This document shows positions 37,445-46,675 of a stretch of 64,000 nucleotides of DNA, one piece after another (position 1 is the stretch's first letter; each line of letters starts with the position of its first letter). The notes beneath the pieces were generated by a model, which searched no databases, had not been told where the DNA came from, and saw only the letters and a list, made by a program, of their open reading frames with translations. A program made the position numbers and the translations under genes. Origin of the DNA: an uncultured Gammaproteobacteria bacterium (lineage in GTDB: Bacteria > Patescibacteriota > Microgenomatia > Daviesbacterales > UBA10151); assembly GCA_964547465.1 (NCBI GenBank), contig CAZJNI010000006.1, positions 2,505 through 66,504 on the forward strand, in the 5' to 3' direction.

Positions 37445-37726
37445 ATGACGTTAACTGTTTCAGTAAGTGAGCTAAGAAGTAATATATCCTCATATTTAGA
37501 CCGGGTTACAAAAGGGGCTCGGGTAATAATCCGTGATGAAAAAAAAGATTTGACGATTGCCCAAATTACTCCCCAAACTTCTAACTTTGATAAAGAAGCT
37601 TTTGAGAAAAGTTTAAGAAAGGTAGCTGGTATTTTTTCTGCAGAAAACCACCCAGAGTGGAGCACAAAAAAGCGAATCAGCAGCTGGCTAAGAAAACAGC
37701 GTTTAGCTGACCAACGCTCGTTCTAA
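37445..37726 (+). CDS. vapB: Phd/YefM-type antitoxin
   Basis: VSVSELRSNISSYLDRV..G..VII pattern, upstream of a PIN gene. Confidence 0.8.
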   Translation: MTLTVSVSELRSNISSYLDRVTKGARVIIRDEKKDLTIAQITPQTSNFDKEAFEKSLRKVAGIFSAENHPEWSTKKRISSWLRKQRLADQRSF

Positions 37727-37728
37727 AT

Positions 37729-38112
37729 ATGTATCTACTTGATACTGACATATTAATTTGGATCCTACGAGGCAAAAAGGAGGTTGTTAGCAAGATATCA
37801 AAGCTAAAAGATGAAGCACCTCTTGGCCTATCCGTTATTACTATAGCTGAAATTTATAAAAATATTTTCCCTTCAGAACTCATAACTACAGAGGATCATC
37901 TTTCGCATTATGTTATCTTTGACGTTAATCAGCAAATTGCCAAAATGGCTGGTCTTTATTGGCAGGAGTACAGTAAGAAATTAAAGAATTTAAGTCTCAG
38001 TGATTGTTTAATTGCTGCAGCTGCTAATACCAATAGCGCCACCTTGGTTTCTCTTAACGCTAAGCATTTTCCTATGAAAGATATTCGAATATTAAACCCA
38101 GTTAAATCATAA
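37729..38112 (+). CDS. vapC: PIN-domain toxin
   Basis: YLLDTDILI, SVITIAEI, DCLIAA and N.KHF. Confidence 0.9.
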   Translation: MYLLDTDILIWILRGKKEVVSKISKLKDEAPLGLSVITIAEIYKNIFPSELITTEDHLSHYVIFDVNQQIAKMAGLYWQEYSKKLKNLSLSDCLIAAAANTNSATLVSLNAKHFPMKDIRILNPVKS

Positions 38113-38113
38113 G

Positions 38114-38196
38114 TGCCGAGGAGAGGATTTGAACCTCCACGAGCTTGCGCTCACAGCCTTCTGAGGGCTGCATGTATACCGTTTCATCACCTCGGC
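38114..38196 (-). tRNA. tRNA-Leu(CAG)
   Basis: Anticodon arm CAGCC-CT CAG AA-GGCTG. Confidence 0.95.
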
Positions 38197-38240
38197 TTGA
38201 TCGGCACCCATTATATCAACATTAGTGTATAATATCTAAA

Positions 38241-39239
38241 ATGTTTAAACAAAAAATAGTCACCCTTGGGGGAGGCACCGGACATTTTTCCCTTTTGCGA
38301 GGCTTAGTTGAATTAAACCAACCGGAATTAATTACAGCTGTTGTAGGAACCTGGGATTCTGGTGGTTCCTCGGGTAGACTTAGAACAGAATTAGGCGTAC
38401 TTCCTCCCGGAGATATCAGACAATGTCTTCTTGCTTTAATGGAGGATCCAAAACAAAGGCAAGTTGCCCAAAAGCTGTTTGATGACAGGTTAGCTGATAT
38501 TCCCGGTCCGCTAAAAGGTCACAGTCTGGGTAATTTAATTGCTGCCAGACTGGAGCATATTTATAAAGGACCTGATCGGGGAATTGAGGCAGAGAGGTTA
38601 CTTTTTAGAATTACCGGCAGAGTATTGCCAGTAAGTATTTCTGAACTTAATTTAATTGCCAAGCTAGAGGGCGGGGAAGAACTTGAAGGGGAATCAACAA
38701 TTGATTTAAGAGCGGAAAAGGATGGATTTAATCCTAAAAAAAGGATCAATAGAATTTATTTTGATACTAATGCAGATCCTAATCCGGAAGTAATTCAGGC
38801 TATTTTGAATGCAGATAAAATTGTTTTTTCTGCAGGAGATTTATACACCAGCATCCTGCCTCATCTTCTGGTAAGCGGAGTTAAGGAAGCAATAGCAGAT
38901 TCAAAAGCTAAAGTAATTTTAGTATTGAATTTAATGACAAAAATGGGGGAAACAGATAATTTTAAGGCATCTGATTATTTAAAAGCATTTATATATTATC
39001 TGGGAGATAAAAATAAAATTAGCTATATTCTGGCAAATTCAAATGGTTTAGACCCGGAAATACGAAAAGTTTATAAAAAAGATAAACAACAACCGGTAGA
39101 GTTGGATTCAGAAGCCTGTAAAAAAATTTCCCCAAATACGGAAATTATCAAAGAACCTTTTGCGATTTATCACATCAGAGAACATTTATTCAGGCATGAC
39201 AGCGAAAAATTAGCTTCAAAAATCTTGGGGTTGAGTTAG
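38241..39239 (+). CDS. yvcK: YvcK/GlmR (CofD-like) protein
   Basis: GGGTG, DSGGSSGRLR, PPGDIR, GHSLGNL and RHDSEKLA. Confidence 0.92.
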   Translation: MFKQKIVTLGGGTGHFSLLRGLVELNQPELITAVVGTWDSGGSSGRLRTELGVLPPGDIRQCLLALMEDPKQRQVAQKLFDDRLADIPGPLKGHSLGNLIAARLEHIYKGPDRGIEAERLLFRITGRVLPVSISELNLIAKLEGGEELEGESTIDLRAEKDGFNPKKRINRIYFDTNADPNPEVIQAILNADKIVFSAGDLYTSILPHLLVSGVKEAIADSKAKVILVLNLMTKMGETDNFKASDYLKAFIYYLGDKNKISYILANSNGLDPEIRKVYKKDKQQPVELDSEACKKISPNTEIIKEPFAIYHIREHLFRHDSEKLASKILGLS

Positions 39240-39295
39240 TTTGACCTAATTGACAAAGTTTTAAATTTAAGGTTACTATCTTCAAACAAAAGCAG

Positions 39296-39883
39296 ATGGA
39301 CAAAGTCTTACCAATTAGAATAGGGTTTGTTGGGGCATGGTTTGCAACAGCCATTTTATCTCTTATCCTGGCAACTACACTTAATATTTATCTGAACACA
39401 GCTAAGCTCACGCAATACACTAATCAAAACTTCAGGCTGTATGTTGCACTTCCTCAAAAAAATCTGGAGGAATCACAAGATATCCAAAAGGCAGATGCAC
39501 GCTCAAAAATTGTGGAAAATTTCCTTAAAGATTATAAATCTCCTTTAGTCCATCTTGGTGATCTGTTCGTGAGTGTTGCTGATAAATATAGCCTGGACTA
39601 TAGATTACTTCCTTCAATTGCCATGCAAGAATCAAATGGGGGACAAAAAGTTATTAAAAATTCAAAAAATCCATTTGGATATGGTATATACGGAGGAATG
39701 GTAACCAGGTTTGAGTCATGGGAAAGCGCTATTGAAAGAGTTGGCAGAGCCTTAAGGGAAGATTATTTAGATAAAGGTTTAAAGACCCCAACACAAATTA
39801 TGGCTAAATATACTCCTCCATCCCTGGCAAAAGGAGGAGCTTGGGCTAAAGGTGTTTCCTTGTTTATGGAAGAACTCCGTTAA
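39296..39883 (+). CDS. membrane-anchored lysozyme-like/glucosaminidase-fold protein
   Basis: YSLDYRLLPSIAMQES.GG....NPFGYG. Confidence 0.7.
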   Translation: MDKVLPIRIGFVGAWFATAILSLILATTLNIYLNTAKLTQYTNQNFRLYVALPQKNLEESQDIQKADARSKIVENFLKDYKSPLVHLGDLFVSVADKYSLDYRLLPSIAMQESNGGQKVIKNSKNPFGYGIYGGMVTRFESWESAIERVGRALREDYLDKGLKTPTQIMAKYTPPSLAKGGAWAKGVSLFMEELR

Positions 39884-39957
39884 CTTGACTTAGAGCCCTA
39901 AATCTGATATCATTAGCAGCTTATCCTGTACCGTTTGGTGCAGGATTTTTTTAAGCT

Positions 39958-40551
39958 ATGAAAAGAAAACTTCTTATTTTAATAACAGCTATTTCTACCC
40001 TTTTTACCTTTAATATAAATACAGGAGGGGCAGCTGTTGTGGCAAGTAACAACACTACACCTGATATTGTGGGAGTTAAAAAGTTAGATTCAAGAGCTAA
40101 AATTCTATCAGGCTATTTGGCTTCTTATAACTCACCAATGCAGTATCATGCTCAAGATTTTATTGATGCTGCAGATGAATATGGCCTAGTCTGGACAATG
40201 CTTCCCGCAATTGCCGGAGTTGAATCCACTTTCGGTAGGTTTATACCTGGCGGATATAATGCTTATGGCTGGGGGGTATATGGCACAAACAGAATTTATT
40301 TTGCTTCCTGGAGAGAAGGTATGTTTGCTGTAGCTAAGGGCCTCCGGGAAAATTATTTAAATAAGGGTTTAAAAGATCCATATTCCATAAATAGAATCTA
40401 TGCTGCCTCACCTTTTTGGGGTTCTAAAGTAACTTATTTTATGAATGATCTGGAAAAGTATGCCCAAAAACAGCAAACCTCAAATTCTCTCATGGCCCAA
40501 GCTATAATAGATCCTAAAATAGCTGCCATTTCAGGCCAGCCAATCTGGTAG
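39958..40551 (+). CDS. secreted lysozyme-like protein, paralog of the upstream gene
   Basis: LPAIAGVESTFG....YNAYGWG; shares L+E.YL.KGLK.P with the neighbour. Confidence 0.7.
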   Translation: MKRKLLILITAISTLFTFNINTGGAAVVASNNTTPDIVGVKKLDSRAKILSGYLASYNSPMQYHAQDFIDAADEYGLVWTMLPAIAGVESTFGRFIPGGYNAYGWGVYGTNRIYFASWREGMFAVAKGLRENYLNKGLKDPYSINRIYAASPFWGSKVTYFMNDLEKYAQKQQTSNSLMAQAIIDPKIAAISGQPIW

Positions 40552-40564
40552 TATAATTCCCTCA

Positions 40565-41833
40565 ATGAGATTACTTGCTGCACTGGCGTTGGGTAAAAGT
40601 ATTTCCTGGTTTATTAAATTATTTAAAATAGGTGGAGCCTCTGCAGCTCCCGGGCTTTATGCTCTAAAGTTAGATCCTGACTTAGTTAAGAAATTAAGTT
40701 CTAAAATACCTAAAAATATAATAATAACCGGTACAAATGGTAAAACAACAACTGCCAGGTTACTGGCACATTTTGCAAAGGCATCTGGCCTTAAAGTTAT
40801 CAGAAACCATACCGGTTCAAATCTGGAACGCGGCATTGCCTCAACTCTTGTCAAGGTCGGACCTTGGTTAAGGTCCGACCTTGGTATTTGGGAACTGGAT
40901 GAGGCTGCTTTTAATACAGTAGCACCAAAAATAAACCCAGATATAGTGGTTTTTTTAAATGTATTCAGAGATCAGCTGGATAGATATGGTGAGATAGATT
41001 CTGTTGTTAAGGGCTGGTCTAACACCCTGAAATCCCTAAATCCCAAAACTATAGTACTGGTTAATGGTGATGATGCAAATTGCACAAAATTAAAATCAGC
41101 ATTTAAAGGAAAAGTCTATCAATTTGGGGTTAAGGATTACAAAATCCTGGGTGAATCTATTACTCATATAAAAGAATCAGAAAACCTAGATTATGAAGCA
41201 AAAAATGTGAAGCCTAATGGTTTAGAAGGCTCTAGTTTCCGGTTATCAGTTACAAGTTATCAGTTATCAGTCAATCTTCCTCTTCCCGGCATTTATCATA
41301 TTTATGATGCGCTGGCTGCTATTGCATGTGCTTCTTTGCTGAATTTTCCAATCCGCCGACTCACCAACACGCTGAAACACTTTACACCTGCTTTTGGAAG
41401 AGTTGAAAAATTGCCATTTGGATATATTTTTCTTATTAAAAATCCGGCAGGAGCAACACAGGTTTTTCAAACAATAGCACCTCAGATTAAAAAAGAAGAC
41501 AGGTTGCTTCTGGCTCTAAACGATAATTTGGCAGATGGCACAGATGTTTCCTGGATCTGGGACGCTGATTTTGAAAAGCTATCAGTTACAAGTTATCAGT
41601 TATCAGTTACTTGTTCCGGTACCAGAGCTCATGATTTAGCAAATAGATTAAAATATGCAGGCTTTAATCCTAAACAAATAAAGGTCATACCCGAGTTGGA
41701 AAATGCCCTTAAAGAGGCTAAAAAGGGTCTAAAAGGCACTCTTTTTATCCTACCCACATATACTGCCATGCTTGAGTTACAAGGCATACTAACAAAGATG
41801 GGTATTAAGAAAAATTACTGGGAGGAAATTTAA
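40565..41833 (+). CDS. murT: lipid II isoglutaminyl synthase subunit MurT
   Basis: GTNGKTTT, GSNL.RG, NVFRDQLDRYGE, IKNPAG, DGTDVSWIWD and PTYTAML. Confidence 0.93.
   Translation: MRLLAALALGKSISWFIKLFKIGGASAAPGLYALKLDPDLVKKLSSKIPKNIIITGTNGKTTTARLLAHFAKASGLKVIRNHTGSNLERGIASTLVKVGPWLRSDLGIWELDEAAFNTVAPKINPDIVVFLNVFRDQLDRYGEIDSVVKGWSNTLKSLNPKTIVLVNGDDANCTKLKSAFKGKVYQFGVKDYKILGESITHIKESENLDYEAKNVKPNGLEGSSFRLSVTSYQLSVNLPLPGIYHIYDALAAIACASLLNFPIRRLTNTLKHFTPAFGRVEKLPFGYIFLIKNPAGATQVFQTIAPQIKKEDRLLLALNDNLADGTDVSWIWDADFEKLSVTSYQLSVTCSGTRAHDLANRLKYAGFNPKQIKVIPELENALKEAKKGLKGTLFILPTYTAMLELQGILTKMGIKKNYWEEI
40852..40884. repeat. AGGTCNNACCT 17-bp-period repeat in frame in murT
   Basis: caaggtcggaccttggttaaggtccgaccttgg; encodes KVGPWLRSDLG. 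Confidence 0.8.
41242..41610. repeat. two identical heptamer arrays in frame in murT
   Basis: tatcagttacaagttatcagttatcagt at ~41244 and ~41580; both encode LSVTSYQLSV. Confidence 0.9.
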
Positions 41834-42592
41834 TTGAAAATAATACACCCCTCCTTCGGAGGTAAAAATTTAAAATTAAAAATTGGTTATTTCTATGGTG
41901 ATTTAATGAATATTTATGGGGACACCGGCAATACTATTGCCTTAAAAAAGCGGGCTGAATGGAGAGGAATTAAGGTTACCATCAAAAACTTCTCGATCGA
42001 GAATATAATGAAGCAAGGCGAGGCTGATTTATTCTTTTTTGGCGGAGGACAGGACCAGCAACAGGAATTGGTAGCAAGGGATTTAGGGAAAAGCGGGAAG
42101 GGTAAAGTAATAAAGTCAGAAATAGAAAGAGGAATACCACTTTTATCAATTTGCGGAGGATATCAATTATTAGGTGAATTCTACAAACCACATAGAGGTC
42201 CAAAATTACCTGGTGTAGGACTATTCCCAGCATATACTTTAGCAAGTCATGACAGGATGATCGGCAATACTGTTATTGATTCCATGTTTGGAGATTTAGT
42301 TGGATTTGAAAATCATTCAGGAAAAACTTATTTAAAAAAAGAAGGCTTACCTTTGGGTATGGTTAAAAAGGGCTTTGGAAATAATGGAAAAGATAAAACA
42401 GAAGGCTGTATATATAAAAACGCAATTGGCTGCTATATGCACGGGTCTTTACTTCCAAAAAATCCAAAGCTTGCAGACTGGCTCCTTAAAAAAGCTTTGG
42501 AGCTAAAGTATGGAAAAGAAATTGAATTGGAACCTTTAGATGATTCCTTAGAATCCCAAACCCACAACAATGCTGTTAAAAGATTTTCTTAA
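41834..42592 (+). CDS. gatD: glutamine amidotransferase GatD (CobQ-like)
   Basis: MNIYGDTGN, GGGQD, ICGGYQLLG, GFENHSG and YMHGSLLPKN. Confidence 0.93.
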   Translation: MKIIHPSFGGKNLKLKIGYFYGDLMNIYGDTGNTIALKKRAEWRGIKVTIKNFSIENIMKQGEADLFFFGGGQDQQQELVARDLGKSGKGKVIKSEIERGIPLLSICGGYQLLGEFYKPHRGPKLPGVGLFPAYTLASHDRMIGNTVIDSMFGDLVGFENHSGKTYLKKEGLPLGMVKKGFGNNGKDKTEGCIYKNAIGCYMHGSLLPKNPKLADWLLKKALELKYGKEIELEPLDDSLESQTHNNAVKRFS

Positions 42593-42614
42593 TTTCTGTT
42601 AAAATACAAACCAA

Positions 42615-42697
42615 GCCGGGGTGGTGAAACGGTATACACGATAGATTTAGGATCTATTGCTCGTAAGAGTGTGCAGGTTCGATTCCTGTCCCCGGCA
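42615..42697 (+). tRNA. tRNA-Leu(TAG)
   Basis: Anticodon arm ATAGA-TT TAG GA-TCTAT. Confidence 0.95.
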
Positions 42698-42740
42698 CAA
42701 ATTTGAAATTTTAGGCTCAAAGTTGTATGATTAAAGTCTT

Positions 42741-43385
42741 ATGAATCCGTTTCTGTCTACAAAACCAGATGAAGATGATAATAAGATTAAACCTTCCCAA
42801 ATTTTCGGGGGGTTTGATGAAATTGGGTTTGAAATGGAAACTCCTTCTGTTTCTTCTGTTGTTAAAGGAGTAACCAGTGTTTTTGAAGATATTTTCAGTT
42901 TGGGACAAGATATAACAGGAGTTGAAGATAAACCCTCTGAAGAAACCAAAAAATTCCCATCAGAAGGTACTATTGAATTTAACCAGGCTGTTGCTGAAGC
43001 TCAAGATAAGCAGAAAAAGAAAGAAACAGTCGATGCACAAAAAATCTTCTTCCAGGCTTTAAAAGAAGATACTCAAAGGGCAAAAGAAGCAAAAGATAAG
43101 TTACTTTTTGAGGAAGAAATGAGTGATATTGTAACCAATTTGCCTACAGAGCAGAAAAATGAGCTGCTACATTACCAGGCGGGTTATAAAGACAGAAGTA
43201 TTTACCAAAGAGCAGAGTTAAGAAAGAAATTAATAGAACAAAGAAAAGAAGCAGATAAAAAGCAAAAAGAGGTAAGCATTGCCCAAACTGCTCCTAAAGC
43301 AACAGCTATGAATGCCGCATTTGAAGGCGGATCCGGTACCCAAGGCTCTGGTCAGGGCAATCTCTCATTCCAGGCCACAGGGTAA
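42741..43385 (+). CDS. hypothetical coiled-coil protein
   Basis: 214-aa charged ORF with a Gly-rich C-terminus. Confidence 0.65.
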   Translation: MNPFLSTKPDEDDNKIKPSQIFGGFDEIGFEMETPSVSSVVKGVTSVFEDIFSLGQDITGVEDKPSEETKKFPSEGTIEFNQAVAEAQDKQKKKETVDAQKIFFQALKEDTQRAKEAKDKLLFEEEMSDIVTNLPTEQKNELLHYQAGYKDRSIYQRAELRKKLIEQRKEADKKQKEVSIAQTAPKATAMNAAFEGGSGTQGSGQGNLSFQATG

Positions 43386-43462
43386 TTTATTTTTTGCTAT
43401 AATCATCAAGATGAGGGCGGTTTAGACAAGCGAGGCTTGTCGCAACCGACCGAGCGTAGCGA

Positions 43463-43536
43463 GGGCAGTTAGCTCAGCTGGTAGAGCGTCCGATTGACGT
43501 TCGGAAGGTTCACAGGTTCGATCCCTGTACTGCCCA
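43463..43536 (+). tRNA. tRNA-Val(GAC)
   Basis: Anticodon arm TCCGA-TT GAC GT-TCGGA. Confidence 0.93.
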
Positions 43537-43557
43537 CTTGTGTTAACATTAAATTAA

Positions 43558-44829
43558 ATGGGTGATTTAAAAGATCATAAGCAAATAAGCAAGCTTGATT
43601 CTAGTGGTCCCAAGGACCACCGCGAATTAGGTCAAGAACTGGAACTCTTTTTTACAGATGAAATAGCTCCCGGCGCTCCTTTTTGGCTTCCAAAGGGGAT
43701 GGTAATTTTTAAAGAGCTGGAAAAATATATCAGAGAACTAACAGAAAAAGCAGGGTATTTAGAAACCTCTACACCAATAATGGTCAAATCTGAATTATTT
43801 AAGCAATCCGGTCACTGGGAAAAATTTGGTGAACATAATATGTATAACCTGAATCTCTCTGATGAGGCTGATGGATCAAATCCTGTAAGCTATTCCTTAA
43901 AACCTATGAATTGTCCTGAATCTACTATTATTTATAGATTTAGACCCAGAAGTTATAGAGAACTTCCCTTAAGACTCTCTGAAATAGGCAGATTACACAG
44001 AAGAGAAAAATCAGGGGAGGTTAATGGATTGCTGCGGGTCAGACAATTAACCATGGATGATGCCCATATTTATGCCACGGAAGATCAGATTTTTGATGAG
44101 GTTTCCAATATTTTGGATATGATGATAAGCTTTTATAAAATGTTTGGATTTGAATATGAATTCAGGTTGGCCACCAGACCGGAAGTAAGGGCCGGATCAG
44201 ATGAAGGCTGGAATAAAGCAGAAAAAGCTTTGGCTGAAGCTCTGGAGAAAAAGGGGATAAAAGCCGGAGATAAAATGGGTGACGGGGCATTTTACGGACC
44301 AAAAATTGATGTGCATATTAAGGATTCCCAAGGTAGGGATTGGCAGCTGGCCACAGTCCAGCTGGACTTTCACCAGCCGGAAGCTTTTGGATTAGAATAT
44401 GTTGATTCTGAAGGAACAAAAAAAAGACCTGTGATGATCCATAGGGCAATTTTCGGCTCATTTGAAAGATTTATAGCAATTTTAACAGAACAATACCAGG
44501 GGGCTTTTCCAACCTGGCTTTCCCCAATACAGGTACAAATTATACCCATTTCAGATCAAAACCTAAAGTGGTCACAAAATGTACTCGAACAATTAAAGGA
44601 TGCATTCGTGCGTGTTGAACTGGATTCAAGAGCTGAAAAAATGCAAGCCAAAATAAGGGATGCCCAACTTAATAAAATCCCTTACATGTTAATTATTGGA
44701 GGAAGAGAAGAGGAAGCAAAACAGGTTGCGGTTAGAACCCGGTCTGGTGAAGATTTGGGTACAATGGGAGTAGGAGAATTTATTAAAAAAATAAAAAAAG
44801 AAATTGAGTCAAAAGAAAGGGGATTTTAG
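43558..44829 (+). CDS. thrS: threonine--tRNA ligase, short form lacking TGS and editing domains
   Basis: DHRELG, LKPMNCP, GLLRVR, GAFYGPKID and HRAIFGSFERF. Confidence 0.97.
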   Translation: MGDLKDHKQISKLDSSGPKDHRELGQELELFFTDEIAPGAPFWLPKGMVIFKELEKYIRELTEKAGYLETSTPIMVKSELFKQSGHWEKFGEHNMYNLNLSDEADGSNPVSYSLKPMNCPESTIIYRFRPRSYRELPLRLSEIGRLHRREKSGEVNGLLRVRQLTMDDAHIYATEDQIFDEVSNILDMMISFYKMFGFEYEFRLATRPEVRAGSDEGWNKAEKALAEALEKKGIKAGDKMGDGAFYGPKIDVHIKDSQGRDWQLATVQLDFHQPEAFGLEYVDSEGTKKRPVMIHRAIFGSFERFIAILTEQYQGAFPTWLSPIQVQIIPISDQNLKWSQNVLEQLKDAFVRVELDSRAEKMQAKIRDAQLNKIPYMLIIGGREEEAKQVAVRTRSGEDLGTMGVGEFIKKIKKEIESKERGF

Positions 44830-45375
44830 CTGGCCAAATTTCATAGATTAAACCAATTTATTCAAGCACCAGAGTTAAGAGTCATAGATTCTGATGGCAA
44901 ACAAGTAGGAATCTTAACCAAAGAGGAAGCTTTGAAAAAAGCTCATGATGAGGGACTCGACCTGGTAGAAATTGCTCCGAATGCAGATCCTCCTGTTGCC
45001 AGAGTGGTAGATTTTAAGAAGTTTAAGTATGAGGAAAGTAAAAAAGACAGAGGCACTAAAAAAGGGTCTGAAGGGGGCTTAAAAGAACTTTGGCTTTCCC
45101 CGAGAATTGATGACCATGATCTTAAGGTGAGAATTAATAGAACTGAAGAATTTTTAAAGGATGGATTCAAAGTAAAACTGACTGTTAAATTTAAAGGCAG
45201 GGAAATGGCTCACCCGGAAAACGGCCGGAAAATATTAAACCAGGCGATTTCTCTTTTGGGTGAGGGCGTAGGAATTGAAAGGGAGGCTAAATTTGAAGGC
45301 AGGAACCTATCCATAATTGTAACAAAAAATAGAGCATTAAAAACCCCTGTCATTTCCGAAGTAAATCAGGTATAA
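44830..45375 (+). CDS. infC: translation initiation factor IF-3 (probable CTG start)
   Basis: In-frame extension of the track ORF gives (M)AKFHRLNQFIQAPELRVID; DLVEIAPNADPPVAR and KFKGRE motifs. Confidence 0.92.
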   Translation: MAKFHRLNQFIQAPELRVIDSDGKQVGILTKEEALKKAHDEGLDLVEIAPNADPPVARVVDFKKFKYEESKKDRGTKKGSEGGLKELWLSPRIDDHDLKVRINRTEEFLKDGFKVKLTVKFKGREMAHPENGRKILNQAISLLGEGVGIEREAKFEGRNLSIIVTKNRALKTPVISEVNQV

Positions 45376-45393
45376 TCATGTTTCAAAATTTTT

Positions 45394-45591
45394 ATGAATA
45401 AGCAGAAGGTTAGAAAATCCATTTTTAAAAGAGTAAAAATTACCGGAACAGGTAAGATTCTACGAAGGCATCAATTAGCAGCCGGACATCTAAAAAGCCA
45501 CAAGAGTAAGAATGCGCTTAATCGACAAAAAAAGAGTAGCACTTACTTTAAAGGTGAATCCAGATCATTAAGAGGAGTATTAGGAGTGTAA
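45394..45591 (+). CDS. rpmI: 50S ribosomal protein L35
   Basis: KRVKITGTGKI...HL...K; position after infC. Confidence 0.92.
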   Translation: MNKQKVRKSIFKRVKITGTGKILRRHQLAAGHLKSHKSKNALNRQKKSSTYFKGESRSLRGVLGV

Positions 45592-45594
45592 ATT

Positions 45595-45741
45595 ATGGGT
45601 AGGGAAATCAGAAATTTTAAACAATCAAGAAGAGCTGGCGGCGCTGATGCAAATGCCAAAAGCTATGCTAGAATTAACCGGACAGGCAGTTGGGGCAAAA
45701 TATTTAGTGCTATTAAATTTAAAAAGGGAGAAATCAAGTAA
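45595..45741 (+). CDS. 48-aa basic protein, not in the ORF track
   Basis: ATG 45595 to TAA 45741 with SD AGGAG at 45582-45586; MGREIRNFKQSRRAGGADANAKSYARINRTGSWGKIFSAIKFKKGEIK. Confidence 0.6.
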   Translation: MGREIRNFKQSRRAGGADANAKSYARINRTGSWGKIFSAIKFKKGEIK

Positions 45742-45789
45742 GAACCTGTTAATCACAGGACCTTGATTCTTGAAAGGATCAAAAAATAA

Positions 45790-46134
45790 ATGGCCAGAGT
45801 AAAACGTGGAGTCACATCACATAGAAAACATAAAAAAGTATTGGCATTAACCAAAGGTCACAGAGGCGGCAGAAGTAAACTTATTAAAGAAGCTAAATCC
45901 TCGCTTTTGCATGCTGGTCAATATGCCTTTGCAGGCAGAAAGCAGAAAAAAAGACAATTTAGAAGACTTTGGATAACTCAAATGGGAAATGCGCTAAATT
46001 TGGAAGGATTAAGCTATTCTAAATTTATTAATCAACTTAAAGTTAAAAAAATACAATTGAACCGCAAAACTTTGGCTGATTTGGCAGTCAATCATCCAGG
46101 AGATTTTAAACAGCTTGTGAATTCTGTACAATGA
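45790..46134 (+). CDS. rplT: 50S ribosomal protein L20
   Basis: MARVKRG, KRQFRRLWI, SYSKFI and LNRK.LADLA. Confidence 0.97.
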   Translation: MARVKRGVTSHRKHKKVLALTKGHRGGRSKLIKEAKSSLLHAGQYAFAGRKQKKRQFRRLWITQMGNALNLEGLSYSKFINQLKVKKIQLNRKTLADLAVNHPGDFKQLVNSVQ

Positions 46135-46379
46135 ATACATCTGATTTTTTAAATATCGTTTTGACACTCGGCTTTATTGTAATTGTTTCCTGTATCGCGT
46201 TTGTATCCTTTTATTTGGTGCAAGTATTAAAATCAGTTAAGGATTTAGCAGATAATTTGGATGATACTACCAAAGATGTCCAGATTATAAAAAATAAAAT
46301 TAAAATGGGTGTTTTAACAACCCTTAGTGCAATTTTAACTGCCTTGGTTACAGGAATTATCAAAAGAAAAAGGGGGTGA
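46131..46379 (+). CDS. small membrane protein (DUF948/YtxG-like)
   Basis: TM helix, coiled coil, then a second hydrophobic segment. Confidence 0.6.
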   Translation: MNTSDFLNIVLTLGFIVIVSCIAFVSFYLVQVLKSVKDLADNLDDTTKDVQIIKNKIKMGVLTTLSAILTALVTGIIKRKRG

Positions 46380-46387
46380 GTATAAAA

Positions 46388-46654
46388 ATGGGTGAGGCAA
46401 AAAAAGGACTTAATCCGGCAGCCACAGCTGTGGCAGGAGCATTGATTGGCGCAGCAGCAGCTGCAACAGCAATTGTTTTATCAGATGAAAAAAATAGAAA
46501 GAAAGCTGAAAAAATCTTAAAAGATATTCAGGAAAGCGGAGATAAAATAATAAATGATATTACCCAAAAGGCCAGGGATTTAAAAGATCAGGCAGATAAA
46601 CAATTAAGTAAAACCAGAGGAGAAGTAAAAAAGTTATCAGCTAAAAAGAAATAA
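46388..46654 (+). CDS. YtxH-like protein
   Basis: GALIGAAAAA.AIVLSD..NRK; SD GGGGGTG upstream. Confidence 0.65.
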   Translation: MGEAKKGLNPAATAVAGALIGAAAAATAIVLSDEKNRKKAEKILKDIQESGDKIINDITQKARDLKDQADKQLSKTRGEVKKLSAKKK

Positions 46655-46675
46655 TTTTAGGGTATAATCAGATTT

